64,000 nucleotides of DNA from Tepidisphaera sp. (GTDB taxonomy: Bacteria > Planctomycetota > Phycisphaerae > Phycisphaerales > UBA1924), in the NCBI GenBank assembly GCA_050916045.1, contig CP051526.1, forward strand, positions 448,001-512,000, in the 5' to 3' direction. Below are positions 1 through 10,207 of this stretch, one piece after another. The notes below the pieces were generated by a model. The model saw only the letters and a program-made list of their open reading frames with translations. It was not told the origin of the DNA and searched no databases. The position numbers were made by a program, and so were the translations under genes. The number at the start of each line of letters is the position of its first letter. Within the stretch, counting starts at the first letter, position 1.

Positions 1-1335
1 GGGTACCTCCTCGTCGCCGACGGCGAAGAGGTCAAGAAGGGCCACCTGGCTCTCAAGTGGGACCCGCACCGCGCCCCGATCCTGGCCGAGAAGGACGGCG
101 TGGTTCAGTTCAAGGACATCGAGATCGACGAGACCGTCCGTGAAGAGGACGCCGGCCGCGGTCAGAAAGCCCTGGTGGTGATCGAGCACAAGGGTGACAA
201 GCACCCCGCGATCAACATCACGGATACAACCGGCAACATCCTCGACTTCCACTACCTGCCCGCCCGGGCCCGACTGGAGGTCAAGGACGGCCAGACGATC
301 AAAGCCGGTCAGATGCTCGCGCGTCAGCCGCGCGGCGCGTCGGGCTCGCAGGACATCGTCGGCGGTCTGCCCCGCGTCACGGAGATCTTCGAAGCCCGCA
401 AGCCGCGCGATCCCGCCGTCATGGCCGAGATCAGCGGTCGGGTCGAGATCCTCTCCGACAAACGCAAGGGCAAGATGACCATCCGCATCATCTCCGATGC
501 GGGCATCGAGAAGGACCACCACGTCGACGCCGCCAAGACCCTGCTCGTGCACACCGGCGACTTCATCCAGGCGGGCGACCGCCTCACGGAAGGCCCGCTG
601 GTCCCGCACGACATCCTCAAGATCAAGGGTGAGGAGGCGCTCTACGAGTACATGCTCGACGAGGTCCAGAACGTCTACCGCGCTCAGGGCGTGACGATCA
701 ACGACAAGCACATCGAGCTGATCCTCGCCCAGATGATCCGCAAGATCAAGATCGAGAACCCCGGCGACACCGACCTGCTCCCGCAGGAAGTCGTCGACAA
801 GTACGCGTTCAAGCAGAAGAACAGCCAGATCGCTTCCATGTACCGCGTCACCGACGTCGGCGGGACCGACCTCCCCCTCAACGCCCTGGTGACCAAGGAA
901 GAGATCAAGGAAGCCAACGCCAAGGCGGAAGCCAACGGCAAGGAAGGCGCCAAGGCCAAGCGCGCTCGCCCCGCCACGGGACGAACGATGCTCCTGGGTA
1001 TCTCCAAAGCCGCTCTCCAGAGCGAGTCGTTCCTCTCCGGCGCGTCCTTCCAGGAGACCACCAAGGTCCTCACGGAAGCGTCGCTCAAGGGCGCGACCGA
1101 CACGCTCATCGGCCTCAAGGAGAACGTCCTCCTCGGCCACCTGATCCCCGCCGGCACGGGCTTCCGCCCGTTCCAGGAGATCAAGGTCAAGCTCCTCGCC
1201 GAGCCGCCGGCGGAAGAGTCCCTCGAAACCGAGGAACTCGAAGAGGCCCAGGTTGCCACGGCTACCGCGATCGCCGAACCCGCTCCGCAGGTTCAGATCC
1301 CGACCAACGGCGTGCCCAGCACGTCCGGTCTGTAA
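1..1335 (+). CDS. rpoC: DNA-directed RNA polymerase subunit beta' (3' part; 5' end lies outside the window)
   Basis: Frame is open from base 1 (GYLLVADGEEVKKGHLALKWDPH). Contains the conserved beta' motifs DIVGGLPRVTEIFEAR, EVQNVYRAQGVTINDKHIE, SFLSGASFQETTKVLTEA and GLKENVLLGHLIPAGTG. Confidence 0.98.
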   Translation, partial: GYLLVADGEEVKKGHLALKWDPHRAPILAEKDGVVQFKDIEIDETVREEDAGRGQKALVVIEHKGDKHPAINITDTTGNILDFHYLPARARLEVKDGQTIKAGQMLARQPRGASGSQDIVGGLPRVTEIFEARKPRDPAVMAEISGRVEILSDKRKGKMTIRIISDAGIEKDHHVDAAKTLLVHTGDFIQAGDRLTEGPLVPHDILKIKGEEALYEYMLDEVQNVYRAQGVTINDKHIELILAQMIRKIKIENPGDTDLLPQEVVDKYAFKQKNSQIASMYRVTDVGGTDLPLNALVTKEEIKEANAKAEANGKEGAKAKRARPATGRTMLLGISKAALQSESFLSGASFQETTKVLTEASLKGATDTLIGLKENVLLGHLIPAGTGFRPFQEIKVKLLAEPPAEESLETEELEEAQVATATAIAEPAPQVQIPTNGVPSTSGL

Positions 1336-1358
1336 GCCTCACTGACGTTTGGTGAACG

Positions 1359-1395
1359 ACAGGACCCCGCGACCAAGCGGGGTCCTGTTCTTTTT
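1359..1395 (+). terminator. Rho-independent terminator after rpoC
   Basis: 12-bp stem ACAGGACCCCGC/GCGGGGTCCTGT, 6-nt loop, followed by TCTTTTT. Confidence 0.85.
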
Positions 1396-1484
1396 CCCGG
1401 ACGTCGGGCCCGCTCTCCTACCGTCTTCCCTGTCCCGGACTGAACCCCGGGTCTGCCCATTCGTATCTTTCCAAGCAGCACCCG

Positions 1485-2657
1485 ATGGACGCGGTCCTCG
1501 CCGTCAAGCCGTTCGTTAAGCGTCGCCCCTGGTCGGTGGTGCTTCTGTCGCTCGCGCTGCTCGTGGTCATCGTCGCGGCGGTTCAGACCGTCATCACCCT
1601 CGCAGGATCCTTCGATCTGGGGTTCGGGTTCATCCTCGTCCTGCCCAGGATCTTGGAACTCGGGCTGATCGCGTTCGGGCTGGTGCTGACGGCGAAGGGG
1701 ATGCCGTATCGGATGGGCGGCTCGCTCCATTGCTCGCGTTGCGGGTATCAGCGGGTCGAGGAGCGAGACCGCCTGCTCGTCAACTGTCCCGAGTGCGGGC
1801 ACTACTGGCGGCTCTTCGGCGGATGGCGCACGGGCAAGCCACTCGGCGACAGGCGGCTGGTCACGATCGGGCTGCTTCTGTGCGTGGTGGGGATCGGAAC
1901 CGTGACCGGGCGCGAGCTCGCGGCCCGATGGCTGACCGAGCGTCTGAGTTCCTCGATGCTGATCAGGCATGTGCTGTACGCGCCGGCGGGCTCGGCGGGC
2001 ACGTCGTGGGAGGTCCTCGCGCGGCGGCCTCTGACGCAGGGTCAGGCCCGCTGGCTTGCGGATGATCTTCTCAAACGCCGGTCACAGCGCGGGTCTCTGG
2101 ATCTCGCGGCGACGCTGTGGCTTCAGAGCCGGGTCTCCGAACCGGGGTTCGACAAGCAGCTCGTCTCACGCTATTACGAGGAACTCGCGGACTTCTGGAT
2201 TGAAGCGCCCTCTCAGGCGCAGGTGCAGCAGGCTTTCGAGGTCTCGGTCCGCGGCGTTTATCGCGGGAATTCGGCTCCGACACCGGAGGGACGCGTCTCG
2301 TTCGCTGTCGAGGGGATCGTGATCGAGCTGCCCGCGCCCCCGCAGGAAGACCTCCGCACCGAGTTCGAGAAGCAGTTCCTGACGGGGCCCAAGGTGATGC
2401 TGTCGCAGGGCGTTTCGATGCAGACCCTCGATCCGGCTTCCGCCGGTCGCGACGCGAGCCTGGCTTCCGCTTCGGGCGTGGGCGCGTTCGTCGGGAAAGC
2501 AACCGTGCGGGCGACGGTCTGGATCCTCATCGGGCCGGAAGTGAACGAGGAACTCCGATGGACGACCGGAAGCGGGCCGCAGTCGCTCTCGACGCAGCGC
2601 CGCGCGATCCGCCGCGACATTGTTCGCGAGGTCGACATCGTTCCGGGCGGACGGTGA
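1485..2657 (+). CDS. Hypothetical membrane protein with a zinc-ribbon-like motif
   Basis: 390-aa ORF with N-terminal hydrophobic helices, CSRCGY...CPECG, a further TM helix and then a soluble domain. Confidence 0.7.
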   Translation: MDAVLAVKPFVKRRPWSVVLLSLALLVVIVAAVQTVITLAGSFDLGFGFILVLPRILELGLIAFGLVLTAKGMPYRMGGSLHCSRCGYQRVEERDRLLVNCPECGHYWRLFGGWRTGKPLGDRRLVTIGLLLCVVGIGTVTGRELAARWLTERLSSSMLIRHVLYAPAGSAGTSWEVLARRPLTQGQARWLADDLLKRRSQRGSLDLAATLWLQSRVSEPGFDKQLVSRYYEELADFWIEAPSQAQVQQAFEVSVRGVYRGNSAPTPEGRVSFAVEGIVIELPAPPQEDLRTEFEKQFLTGPKVMLSQGVSMQTLDPASAGRDASLASASGVGAFVGKATVRATVWILIGPEVNEELRWTTGSGPQSLSTQRRAIRRDIVREVDIVPGGR

Positions 2658-2663
2658 TCCGCG

Positions 2664-3158
2664 TCATGCGCCGGTGGAGCCGAACCCGCCCGAGCCGCGA
2701 ACCGTCTCGTCAAGCTCTTCAACGGCTTGAATGGTCGCATGGGCGACCGGGGCGATCACAAGCTGCGCGATCCGCATGCCGTGGGTGATCGTGAAGGGTT
2801 CTTTGCCGAAGTTGATCACCGCGACGCGGAGCTCGCCGCGGTAGTCGCTGTCGATGGTGCCGGGAGCGTTGGGGAGCCCGATGCCGTGCTTGGTCGAAAG
2901 GCCGGATCGGGCACGGACCTGGCCCTCGAACCCGTGGGGGATCGCGACCGCGAGGCCCGTGGGGACAAGCAGGATCGCACCCGGGGCGACAGGCAGTTCG
3001 GGCTTGTCGGCCGGAAGACACGCGGAGAGGTCCAGCCCGGCGGCGTGCTGGGTCTGGTAAGCCGGGAGGGTCGCTCGCGCGTCGAGTCTCTTGATGCGAA
3101 GCACGGGGGCGGGAGTGGGAGCGGGAGTGGGAGTGGGGGTGGGAGTGGGGGCGGTCAT
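2664..3158 (-). CDS. dut: dUTP diphosphatase
   Basis: Motifs [25 protein letters not shown] and [10 protein letters not shown]; Pro/Thr repeat at the N-terminus. Confidence 0.97.
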   Translation of the reverse strand: MTAPTPTPTPTPAPTPAPVLRIKRLDARATLPAYQTQHAAGLDLSACLPADKPELPVAPGAILLVPTGLAVAIPHGFEGQVRARSGLSTKHGIGLPNAPGTIDSDYRGELRVAVINFGKEPFTITHGMRIAQLVIAPVAHATIQAVEELDETVRGSGGFGSTGA

Positions 3159-3406
3159 CGCGACATCACCTCGGCGGCTTGGAACTGCTCGATCTGCCGG
3201 GTGAGGGTCTCGATCATCCGCTTGGTGGACGCGATGGCGTTGTCGAGGCTGGAACGGCCGGTGACGACGCGAAGGTGGTCACGCTGGCCGGACTGGGAGA
3301 GGAAAGCCTCGGACTGCGCCTGGGCTTCGGTGAGCGCACGGAGCAGGGTCTCCGCGTTCTCGCGGACCTGCACGGTCTCCTTCAGCAATCGCAAACGATC
3401 TTCCAT
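3155..3406 (-). CDS. Small helical hypothetical protein, translationally coupled to dut
   Basis: 83-aa ORF whose stop overlaps the dut start (ATGA); coiled-coil-like composition. Confidence 0.65.
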   Translation of the reverse strand: MEDRLRLLKETVQVRENAETLLRALTEAQAQSEAFLSQSGQRDHLRVVTGRSSLDNAIASTKRMIETLTRQIEQFQAAEVMSR

Positions 3407-3507
3407 GGGCGGACAGTCTGTTCAACGCCTCAATCCCACCAGACGCCGAACGATTTTCAAGCGGCGGGTGCTCAGATGGCGCGAAGATCATACGCCGGGG
3501 GGCCGGG

Positions 3508-5058
3508 TCAAGCCGCGATCGCGCCGGGGCGATCGGTCTTTGTCTGGGCTGTCGGATCAACGACGAGTTTGGGCTCGGTCGCGGCTCCGGACTTCATCTC
3601 GGGCACGTACCGGCGGATGACTTCGACGACGGTTTCGCGGCTGGTTTCGCTTCGGACGAGGGAGAGGTCGGCGACGAGCGCGGGGAGGTTGGCCCGTTCG
3701 CCGGCGTCGCCGAGCCAGGCCCGGATACCGGGGTGGGCCGTTGGCGCGAGACGCTCGCGGTCGTACGCGAGTTCTTCGTGGAGCTTTTCTCCGGGACGGG
3801 TGCCGGTGAGGGTGATCCGCATGGACGCGGGGTCTTCGTCATCGGCGGTGACGGGGGTGTAACCGCGCGAGCGCACGAACCGGTGGGCGAGGTCGAAGAT
3901 GCGGAGGGGTTCGCCCATGTCCAGGACGTAGAGCGGGGCTGCGGGCACGTCGCCCGTGAGCGCCGCGGCTTGAACGACGAGGGTCGCGGCTTCGTTGATG
4001 GTCATGAAGTAGCGGGTCATGCGCTCATCGGTGACGGTGACGGGACCACCGCGCTCGATCTGGCTTGCCCAGATCGGGAGGACACTGCACGCGGAGCCGA
4101 GGACGTTGCCGAAGCGGACGGCGGCGAATCGCGTGGCGGTGGGGGAGACGGCCCGGCCCTGGCGGTGCAGAGCCTGAACGTAGATCTCGGCGAGGCGCTT
4201 GGTGGCGCCCATCACGCTGCTGGGGTTGACGGCTTTGTCAGAGGAGATGAGCACGAACCGCGTGACGCCGGTGGCGAGGGAAGCGTCGGCGACGGACTTG
4301 GTGCCGAAGAGGTTGTTGGTCACCGCGTGCGAGGGGTGATCTTCCATGAGCGGGACGTGTTTGTGCGCCGCGGCGTGGAAGACGGTGTTGGGTCGGATGT
4401 TCGTGAAGTGCCGGAGGGTCGCGTCGGCGTCGGTGACGTCGTGGAGAACGGCTTTGCGGTGGACCTTGGGGAAGCGCTCGGCGAGTTCGCGGTCGATCTC
4501 GAAGAGAGCGTTCTCGGAGCGCTCCATGAGCACGATAAGCGAGGGCTCGAAGCTCGCGACGATGCGTGCGAGCTCGCTTCCGATGGAGCCGCCCGCGCCG
4601 GTGATGAGCACGCGCTTGCCGGTGATCGTCTCGGCGACGGCTCGTCGGTCGATCGCGTGCGGCCGGCGGCCGATGAGGTCGGCCCAGTTGGTCGTCGCGA
4701 GTGAAGCCGCAGGGGCGGCGGCTGCGGGCCGCGCGATCAGTTCGCTCAGCGGGGGGACATCACGCTGCGGCAGGCCGAGGGAAGCGAGAAGGGTCTGCAC
4801 GCGGCGGGCGAGCGCGGAAGCGTCCTGCGGCAGCGAAACGATGGCCAGGTCGGGTTTGACCGAAGCGACCAGCCGCGGCAGGGATTCCAGCGTGTCGAAA
4901 GCGGCGTCGGTCGAGCCCTCGGTGAGGACATGGCCGACGCAGGTCGGCGCGTTGGGCAGCAGGGCGAGCTGTTCGGAAAGGAGCGGGAGGGTCGAGGACG
5001 TCCCGATGAGGACGGCTTTGCTGGTGGTGTTGGGCTTGGAGATGGACTGGCTTTGCAT
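3508..5058 (-). CDS. CapD/PglF-like nucleoside-diphosphate-sugar 4,6-dehydratase (polysaccharide biosynthesis protein)
   Basis: Motifs GAGGSIGSEL, HAAAHKHVPLME, SSDKAVNPSSVMGATKR, VRFGNVLGS, MTRYFMTI and RPGEKLHEEL. Start placed at MQSQS, which follows a GGAGG. Confidence 0.92.
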   Translation of the reverse strand: MQSQSISKPNTTSKAVLIGTSSTLPLLSEQLALLPNAPTCVGHVLTEGSTDAAFDTLESLPRLVASVKPDLAIVSLPQDASALARRVQTLLASLGLPQRDVPPLSELIARPAAAAPAASLATTNWADLIGRRPHAIDRRAVAETITGKRVLITGAGGSIGSELARIVASFEPSLIVLMERSENALFEIDRELAERFPKVHRKAVLHDVTDADATLRHFTNIRPNTVFHAAAHKHVPLMEDHPSHAVTNNLFGTKSVADASLATGVTRFVLISSDKAVNPSSVMGATKRLAEIYVQALHRQGRAVSPTATRFAAVRFGNVLGSACSVLPIWASQIERGGPVTVTDERMTRYFMTINEAATLVVQAAALTGDVPAAPLYVLDMGEPLRIFDLAHRFVRSRGYTPVTADDEDPASMRITLTGTRPGEKLHEELAYDRERLAPTAHPGIRAWLGDAGERANLPALVADLSLVRSETSRETVVEVIRRYVPEMKSGAATEPKLVVDPTAQTKTDRPGAIAA

Positions 5059-5227
5059 GGGGCCTCCGTGGTCGCGAACATCGGCCGCCGGGAGGGGGAC
5101 CCATGGCAATCAGGGGGCCCCGCGGCACGCCGAGTTCTCGGGCGGAGCGGCCCGAGCGGTTATCGAACCGCGTAACCACGGGCGGACGTGCTCCGTGAGG
5201 TTGCTTGGGGTCGACCTACCGTCCGCC

Positions 5228-5866
5228 ATGATCAGCCGGATCCGAGGAATCCTGGTCGAGGTGAGCGATGCGCACGCAGCTCAGATCGAGCCCGAAGGCT
5301 CGCCGCTGACGTACGAGGTGCTGCTCCCCGCGTATCTCGCGGAGCGCCTTCGCGGCGTGGTGGGCAAGCCCGTATCGCTTATCACGCTTGAGTATCTCGA
5401 GAGCCAGGGGCAGGGGACGTCGTTCATTCCGCGGCTGATCGGGTTCGCGAGCGAGAGCGATCGGCGGTTCTTTGATGTCTTCACCACGGTGAAAGGGATC
5501 GGGAACAAGAAGGCTCTTCGGGCGATGGCGGTCGAGCCCGCCTCGATCGCGCGGGCGATTGCGACCAAGAATGTCAAGGCCCTCGTCGAGCTTCCCGAGA
5601 TCGGTAAGCGGATGGCCGAGACGATCATCGCGGAGCTGAACGGCAAGGTTGATGTGTTCCTCGCCGCGAGCGAGATCGAGCAACTCGACCGCGCTGCGGA
5701 GAGCAGGCCCGTCGCACGCGGGACGGCGGAAGAGGAAGCCATCGAGGCGCTCATCGCCCTGGGCGAACAAAGGCCCGAAGCGGAGCGGAAGATCGCAAAG
5801 GTCGCAGCGCGGCTTGGAGCGAAGGCGACGACGGATCAGCTTGTGTCGGGCGTGTTCGGCGGTTGA
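5228..5866 (+). CDS. ruvA: Holliday junction branch migration protein RuvA
   Basis: MISRIRG start, helix-hairpin-helix motifs VKGIGNKKAL and LPEIGKRMAETII, C-terminal EAIEALIALG. Confidence 0.93.
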   Translation: MISRIRGILVEVSDAHAAQIEPEGSPLTYEVLLPAYLAERLRGVVGKPVSLITLEYLESQGQGTSFIPRLIGFASESDRRFFDVFTTVKGIGNKKALRAMAVEPASIARAIATKNVKALVELPEIGKRMAETIIAELNGKVDVFLAASEIEQLDRAAESRPVARGTAEEEAIEALIALGEQRPEAERKIAKVAARLGAKATTDQLVSGVFGG

Positions 5867-5893
5867 TTTCAGATCAGGAGCGAAGCGCGCGGT

Positions 5894-7354
5894 TTAGCTT
5901 TGCAACTCTTCGGGCAGCAGATTCTGCGGCACGTTCTGATAGCACACCGGCCTGCACCAGCGGCTGATGGCTTGCGGGCCGACGGCGGTCGAGTCCGGGC
6001 GGTTGCATGATGGCATCGGGCCGCTATGGACCATCGCGGGCGAGACCTCGACGCCGGTGGGGACCCCGTTCACGATGAAGCGGCCCACGCGTGCCGTCAA
6101 CAGGTCGACAAACGGCAGAGCGTCATCCTTCGTGTCGGCCCAGAGCGTGCCCGTGAGGCTTCCGGGCAGATGAGCCACGGCTTGCTCCATCTCTTCGGTC
6201 GAGCGGCAGACGACGAGGATTGCGGCTGGGCCGAAGCACTCTTCGTGGAGCGACGGATTGGCGATGAAGTTCGCGGCATCCACGGTGAGCAGCGCGGGGC
6301 CCGGGCGGGTTTCGGAACCCGCGAGCATCGCGACGCCCGCGGCTTTCGCGTTGTCGGAAAGCCGCTTGAGGTATCCATCCTTGACGCGGGGCGTGAGCAT
6401 CGGCGCGGACGGAGCGGCGGCGAAGGCCGCGACGAGCGCGGCTTTGAACGCTTCGAATCCGGGGCCGAGGGATGCGAAGATGAGGCCCGGGCAGGTGCAC
6501 ATCTGGCCGTTGGACGCGGTGGCGCTGGCGGCGAGTTTGCTCGCAATTTCCGCCGCGTTTGCAGCGAGGGCTTCGGGAAGGATCACGACGGGGTTGACGC
6601 TTCCCATTTCGGCGAAGACGGGGATGTGGTCGGGGCGTGCGGAGGCGAGGCGGACGAGAGCCATGCCGCCGGAGGTTGAGCCGGTGAAGCCGACGGCTTT
6701 GATCGCCGGGTGCGTGACGAGTTCTTTGCCGACGTCGATGTCGCGGTCGCCGCCGGACTGGAGGAGCTTGAACGTGCCCGGGTGCAAGCCGGCTTTGGCG
6801 ACGGCGCGGTCGAGAGCCTGGGCGACCATCGCGCCGGTGGCGGGGTGCGCGGGGTGGCCCTTGACGATGACGGGGCAGCCCGCGGCGAGCGCGGAAGCGG
6901 TGTCGCCGCCCGCGACGGAATAGGCCAGCGGGAAGTTGCTGGCGCCGAAGACCGCGACGGGGCCGAGGGGCCGAAGCATGCGGCGGAGGTCGGGTTTGGG
7001 AAGCGGCGTGCGTGCGGGGTCGGCGCGGTCGATCGCGGCGTCGATCCACGAGCCTTCACGCACGACGTTTGCGAACATGCGGAGCTGGAAGACGGTGCGG
7101 TCGCGCTCGCCGGCGAGGCGTGGCTTGGCGGGAAGGCCGGTTTCGGCCGCGGCAGTGTCGAGGAGCGCATCGCCGAGGGCGATGATCTCGTCGGCGGCGG
7201 CTTCGAGCATCGCGGCCCGCGCCGCCCGAGGCAGGCCCGCGCGGAAAGCGTCCAAAGCGTGCCGGGCGGCGGTGTCGACGTCGGCTGCGGAAGCGGCGGT
7301 AAAGTTTGCGCCTTGTTGTCCGTTGCCCGGATTGATGTTGGAAAATGTGGCCAT
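5894..7354 (-). CDS. NADP-dependent aldehyde dehydrogenase (alpha-ketoglutaric semialdehyde dehydrogenase-like)
   Basis: Motifs VFGASNFPLAYSVAGGDTASALAAGCPV, GFTGS, EMGSVNP, GQMCTCPG and EECFGP. True start is MATFS; the upstream part of the ORF-track call is antisense to yceI. Confidence 0.93.
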   Translation of the reverse strand: MATFSNINPGNGQQGANFTAASAADVDTAARHALDAFRAGLPRAARAAMLEAAADEIIALGDALLDTAAAETGLPAKPRLAGERDRTVFQLRMFANVVREGSWIDAAIDRADPARTPLPKPDLRRMLRPLGPVAVFGASNFPLAYSVAGGDTASALAAGCPVIVKGHPAHPATGAMVAQALDRAVAKAGLHPGTFKLLQSGGDRDIDVGKELVTHPAIKAVGFTGSTSGGMALVRLASARPDHIPVFAEMGSVNPVVILPEALAANAAEIASKLAASATASNGQMCTCPGLIFASLGPGFEAFKAALVAAFAAAPSAPMLTPRVKDGYLKRLSDNAKAAGVAMLAGSETRPGPALLTVDAANFIANPSLHEECFGPAAILVVCRSTEEMEQAVAHLPGSLTGTLWADTKDDALPFVDLLTARVGRFIVNGVPTGVEVSPAMVHSGPMPSCNRPDSTAVGPQAISRWCRPVCYQNVPQNLLPEELQS

Positions 7355-7468
7355 GCGTGAGGGTAGTGGCGGGTTGGCTTGAGGGTGGACGGACCGGGCG
7401 GGCGGCCTATATTGATGCCGGTCTATACTCGTGGACATATCCACGGGGACTCTTAAGGAGACTGATTC

Positions 7469-8098
7469 ATGAAATGCATCGCTTGCTGGTCGATCGGTTC
7501 CGCGGCTCTTCTGGCTGTCGTCGGCTCCACGCTGATCGGGTTCGCCCCGGCTCCGGCGCCGTCCGCTCCGGCGGCACCCGCGCTGGCGGCGTACGAGATC
7601 GACACGGTCCACTCGTCGGTGGTCTTCAAGGTTCAGCACGCGGGCGTGTCGAACTTCTACGGCACGTTCCAGAAGCTGACGGGCTCGCTTGAGTGGGACA
7701 AGGCGTCCCCCGAGTCGATGAAGCTCACGGCGACGATCGACGCGGGCAGCGTGAACTCGGCGAACACCAAGCGCGATGATCACCTCAAGGGCCCGGACTT
7801 CTTCAACGCGAAGGAGCACGCGGCGATCACCTTCAAGTCCACCGCCGTCAAGAAGACCGGCGAGGGCACGTTCGACGTCACCGGCGACGTGACCATGCTC
7901 GGCAAGACCAAGCCCGTCACCGCCAAGGTCGTCTTGACCGGCGAGAAGGACGCGGGCAACTTCGGCTACCGCGTGGGCATGGAAGCGACCTTCACGATCA
8001 AGCGGTCGGACTTCGGCATGACCTACGGCGTCGCGCAGGGTTCGCTGGGCGACGAGGTTGCGGTCACCGTCGGGTTCGCCGGCGTCAAGGCCAAGTAA
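7469..8098 (+). CDS. YceI family periplasmic lipid/isoprenoid-binding protein
   Basis: Signal peptide; YEIDTVHSSVVF, RDDHLKGPDFF and IKRSDFGM. Confidence 0.93.
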   Translation: MKCIACWSIGSAALLAVVGSTLIGFAPAPAPSAPAAPALAAYEIDTVHSSVVFKVQHAGVSNFYGTFQKLTGSLEWDKASPESMKLTATIDAGSVNSANTKRDDHLKGPDFFNAKEHAAITFKSTAVKKTGEGTFDVTGDVTMLGKTKPVTAKVVLTGEKDAGNFGYRVGMEATFTIKRSDFGMTYGVAQGSLGDEVAVTVGFAGVKAK

Positions 8099-8202
8099 GC
8101 GTGTCCACCGACATGCTCGGGTGCTGATTCCATTCGCCCACGGACCGATCCATCGTCGGCGTGGGCGATTTTCTTGGGCGGCGGGGGACAGGAGCGATCC
8201 CA

Positions 8203-9111
8203 ATGGACCCGATGTTTCTCGTCAAGTCGGTGCTGATCCCCCTCGTCTTCGCGAGCGTGGTGGCCGGGGTGGCGTTCCTGGTCGCCCGGCGCACGCCGGG
8301 GACGCCGCTGGTCCGGTTGGCCGGAGCGATCGCGGTGGCTGGAGCGTTCGTCCTTGGCGTGCCGCTGATCCTGGGACGGGTTCCGGAGTGGAAGCCCGCG
8401 CAAGCGGCGGAGTGGCTGCCGTACCTGGGGCTTGTCGTGCTTGCGATCGGCGTGGTCGATGCGCTGCTGCCGAGAAAGGTGTGGGCTTCGGTGGTGGTTG
8501 GGGCGTTGCTTGCGGGCGCGGCGTGGGCGGCGCTGGAGGGGCCGCTTGCGTCGGCCGTGGCGCGGATCAAGGGTGAACCGGGCGGCTCGGCGCTCCCGTG
8601 GCTGATGGGCTTGATGATCGTCGTGCCGGCGCTGGCGGGTCGCGCCGGAGCGAAGCACACGCCGAACGCGGGGCCGGTGTTCGCGCTTGGCTTGATGACG
8701 GCGTGCTCGATCGCGGGGGTGTTGCTTTCGGGCACGGCGATGTTCGCGCAGTTTGTCGCGTTGCTCGGGCTTGGGCTCGCGCCGTTCGGCGTGGCGACGC
8801 TGATCCGCAAGCCTTGGGCGAGCGATCGGGGGCTGATCGTGACGTTCGCTTCCCTTCACGCGTTGATGTGGCTTGTGACACACTTCTATGCCACCAAGGA
8901 CGGGGTGTGGGCGGCGACGGCTTTGTTCTGCGTGGCGCCGGCGGGGCTTCTGATTGCCCGCGTGCCGATGCTTGCCAAGCGGCCGACGCTTGCGGGCGTG
9001 GCACAAGTCTGTGCCGTGCTTGCGATGGGGATCGCCGGAGCGGCGACGGTCGTTGCGACGCAGCCGGCGCCGGAAGCGGGCGAAGCGGATGTTTCCGATC
9101 TGTACAAGTGA
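8203..9111 (+). CDS. Hypothetical multi-pass membrane protein
   Basis: Roughly 9-10 hydrophobic segments; AGGAG upstream of the ATG at 8203. Confidence 0.7.
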   Translation: MDPMFLVKSVLIPLVFASVVAGVAFLVARRTPGTPLVRLAGAIAVAGAFVLGVPLILGRVPEWKPAQAAEWLPYLGLVVLAIGVVDALLPRKVWASVVVGALLAGAAWAALEGPLASAVARIKGEPGGSALPWLMGLMIVVPALAGRAGAKHTPNAGPVFALGLMTACSIAGVLLSGTAMFAQFVALLGLGLAPFGVATLIRKPWASDRGLIVTFASLHALMWLVTHFYATKDGVWAATALFCVAPAGLLIARVPMLAKRPTLAGVAQVCAVLAMGIAGAATVVATQPAPEAGEADVSDLYK

Positions 9112-9166
9112 ACATCGGATCGCGTGAAGCGTTGATGGTTCGGGCGGCTCCCGGTATTCTGCGTGC

Positions 9167-9961
9167 ATGCTGATGTACGCCGAGCCGCAGCCTTCGATCA
9201 CCGAGGTCCTCTTCGTCGTTCCGCAGAAAGAGCCAGGGGACGCCAACAAGGACGGCAAGCGGAGTGCGACGGCGGATGAGTTCGTCGAGCTTTGCAACCT
9301 CACTGACAGACCCGTGGATCTCAAGGGCTGGGCGCTCATCGATTCGGACTCGTGGGCGTTTCTCACCGAGAAGGGGAAGAAGCCTTGGGCGACGGTGGTC
9401 GCGAGTGACGGCAAGCACAAAGCCGACGGCAAGGACTGGCTCTTCGTGTTCCCAAGCTGCACGCTCAAGCCCGGCGAGCGGGCGGTGGTCTTCAACGGGT
9501 TCGAGCAGAAGCCCAAGGGGAAGGTCGGGTCGCACGAAGCGTCGTTGGGGAAGAGCGACGAGTTCGCCGGAGCGTTCGTCTTTGCGATGAAGGTCGAGAC
9601 CGCGAAGGTCGGGTTCGGGAACGACGGCGACTGGATCGCGCTCGTCTCGCCCGCCGGGAAGATCGTCGAAGTCGTCAAGTGGGGCAAGCCCGATCAAGCG
9701 ACGCCCGCGGATGCCTCGGGCGTCGTCGAAGCACCCGCGGAGCCGCACGGCAGCGTGCAGCGCGAAAGCACGAGCGGCCAAGTGGGCGGAAAATTCGTCG
9801 ACCACGCGACGCTCGGGGACAAGACCAAGCTCTTCAGCCCCGGGGAGTTCGAAGCGTCGAAGAAGGATGGCAAGGACGCCAAGCCACCTTCCAAAAAGCC
9901 CGACGCCAAAGAGAAGCGGGAGGAGCCGACCGCTCCTCCCGCGAAACCTGATCTGAAATGA
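9167..9961 (+). CDS. Lamin-tail-domain-like protein
   Basis: ITEVLF...DAN.DG...DEFVELCN...VDLKGW...LKPGERAVVF...FGNDGD.IALVSPAG...SPG matches the LTD pattern; Lys/Pro-rich tail. Confidence 0.75.
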   Translation: MLMYAEPQPSITEVLFVVPQKEPGDANKDGKRSATADEFVELCNLTDRPVDLKGWALIDSDSWAFLTEKGKKPWATVVASDGKHKADGKDWLFVFPSCTLKPGERAVVFNGFEQKPKGKVGSHEASLGKSDEFAGAFVFAMKVETAKVGFGNDGDWIALVSPAGKIVEVVKWGKPDQATPADASGVVEAPAEPHGSVQRESTSGQVGGKFVDHATLGDKTKLFSPGEFEASKKDGKDAKPPSKKPDAKEKREEPTAPPAKPDLK

Positions 9962-9967
9962 TGACGC

Positions 9968-10180
9968 TTAGGTCGGGGTCGGGCCCGGGCCGGATTCTTC
10001 CGGCGGCGGCTCCGCGGACGGTTCTCCGACGGGTCCCTTTCCGCGAGCCCGCACCGCTTCGCGGAGGATGTACTCGATCTGCGCGTTGAGGGAACGCAGG
10101 TCGTCCGCGGCCCATCGCGAGAGGGAAGCCCACAGCGCGGGGTTGATGCGGAGCAGGATGGACTTGCGTTCGTCGGGCAT
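9968..10180 (-). CDS. Arc-like ribbon-helix-helix DNA-binding protein
   Basis: [39 protein letters not shown]; lies directly downstream of the SPFH gene. Confidence 0.8.
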   Translation of the reverse strand: MPDERKSILLRINPALWASLSRWAADDLRSLNAQIEYILREAVRARGKGPVGEPSAEPPPEESGPGPTPT

Positions 10181-10207
10181 GGCTTTCCGCTGCGTTCGGG
10201 CTTGCGT

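Noticed and set aside
3105..3152. GGGAGT-type hexamer repeats as a possible regulatory repeat
   Set aside because: They encode the Pro-Thr/Ala low-complexity N-terminus of Dut.
5894..8203. 769-aa ALDH with a long N-terminal extension
   Set aside because: The extension is antisense to yceI; ALDH homology begins at 7354.
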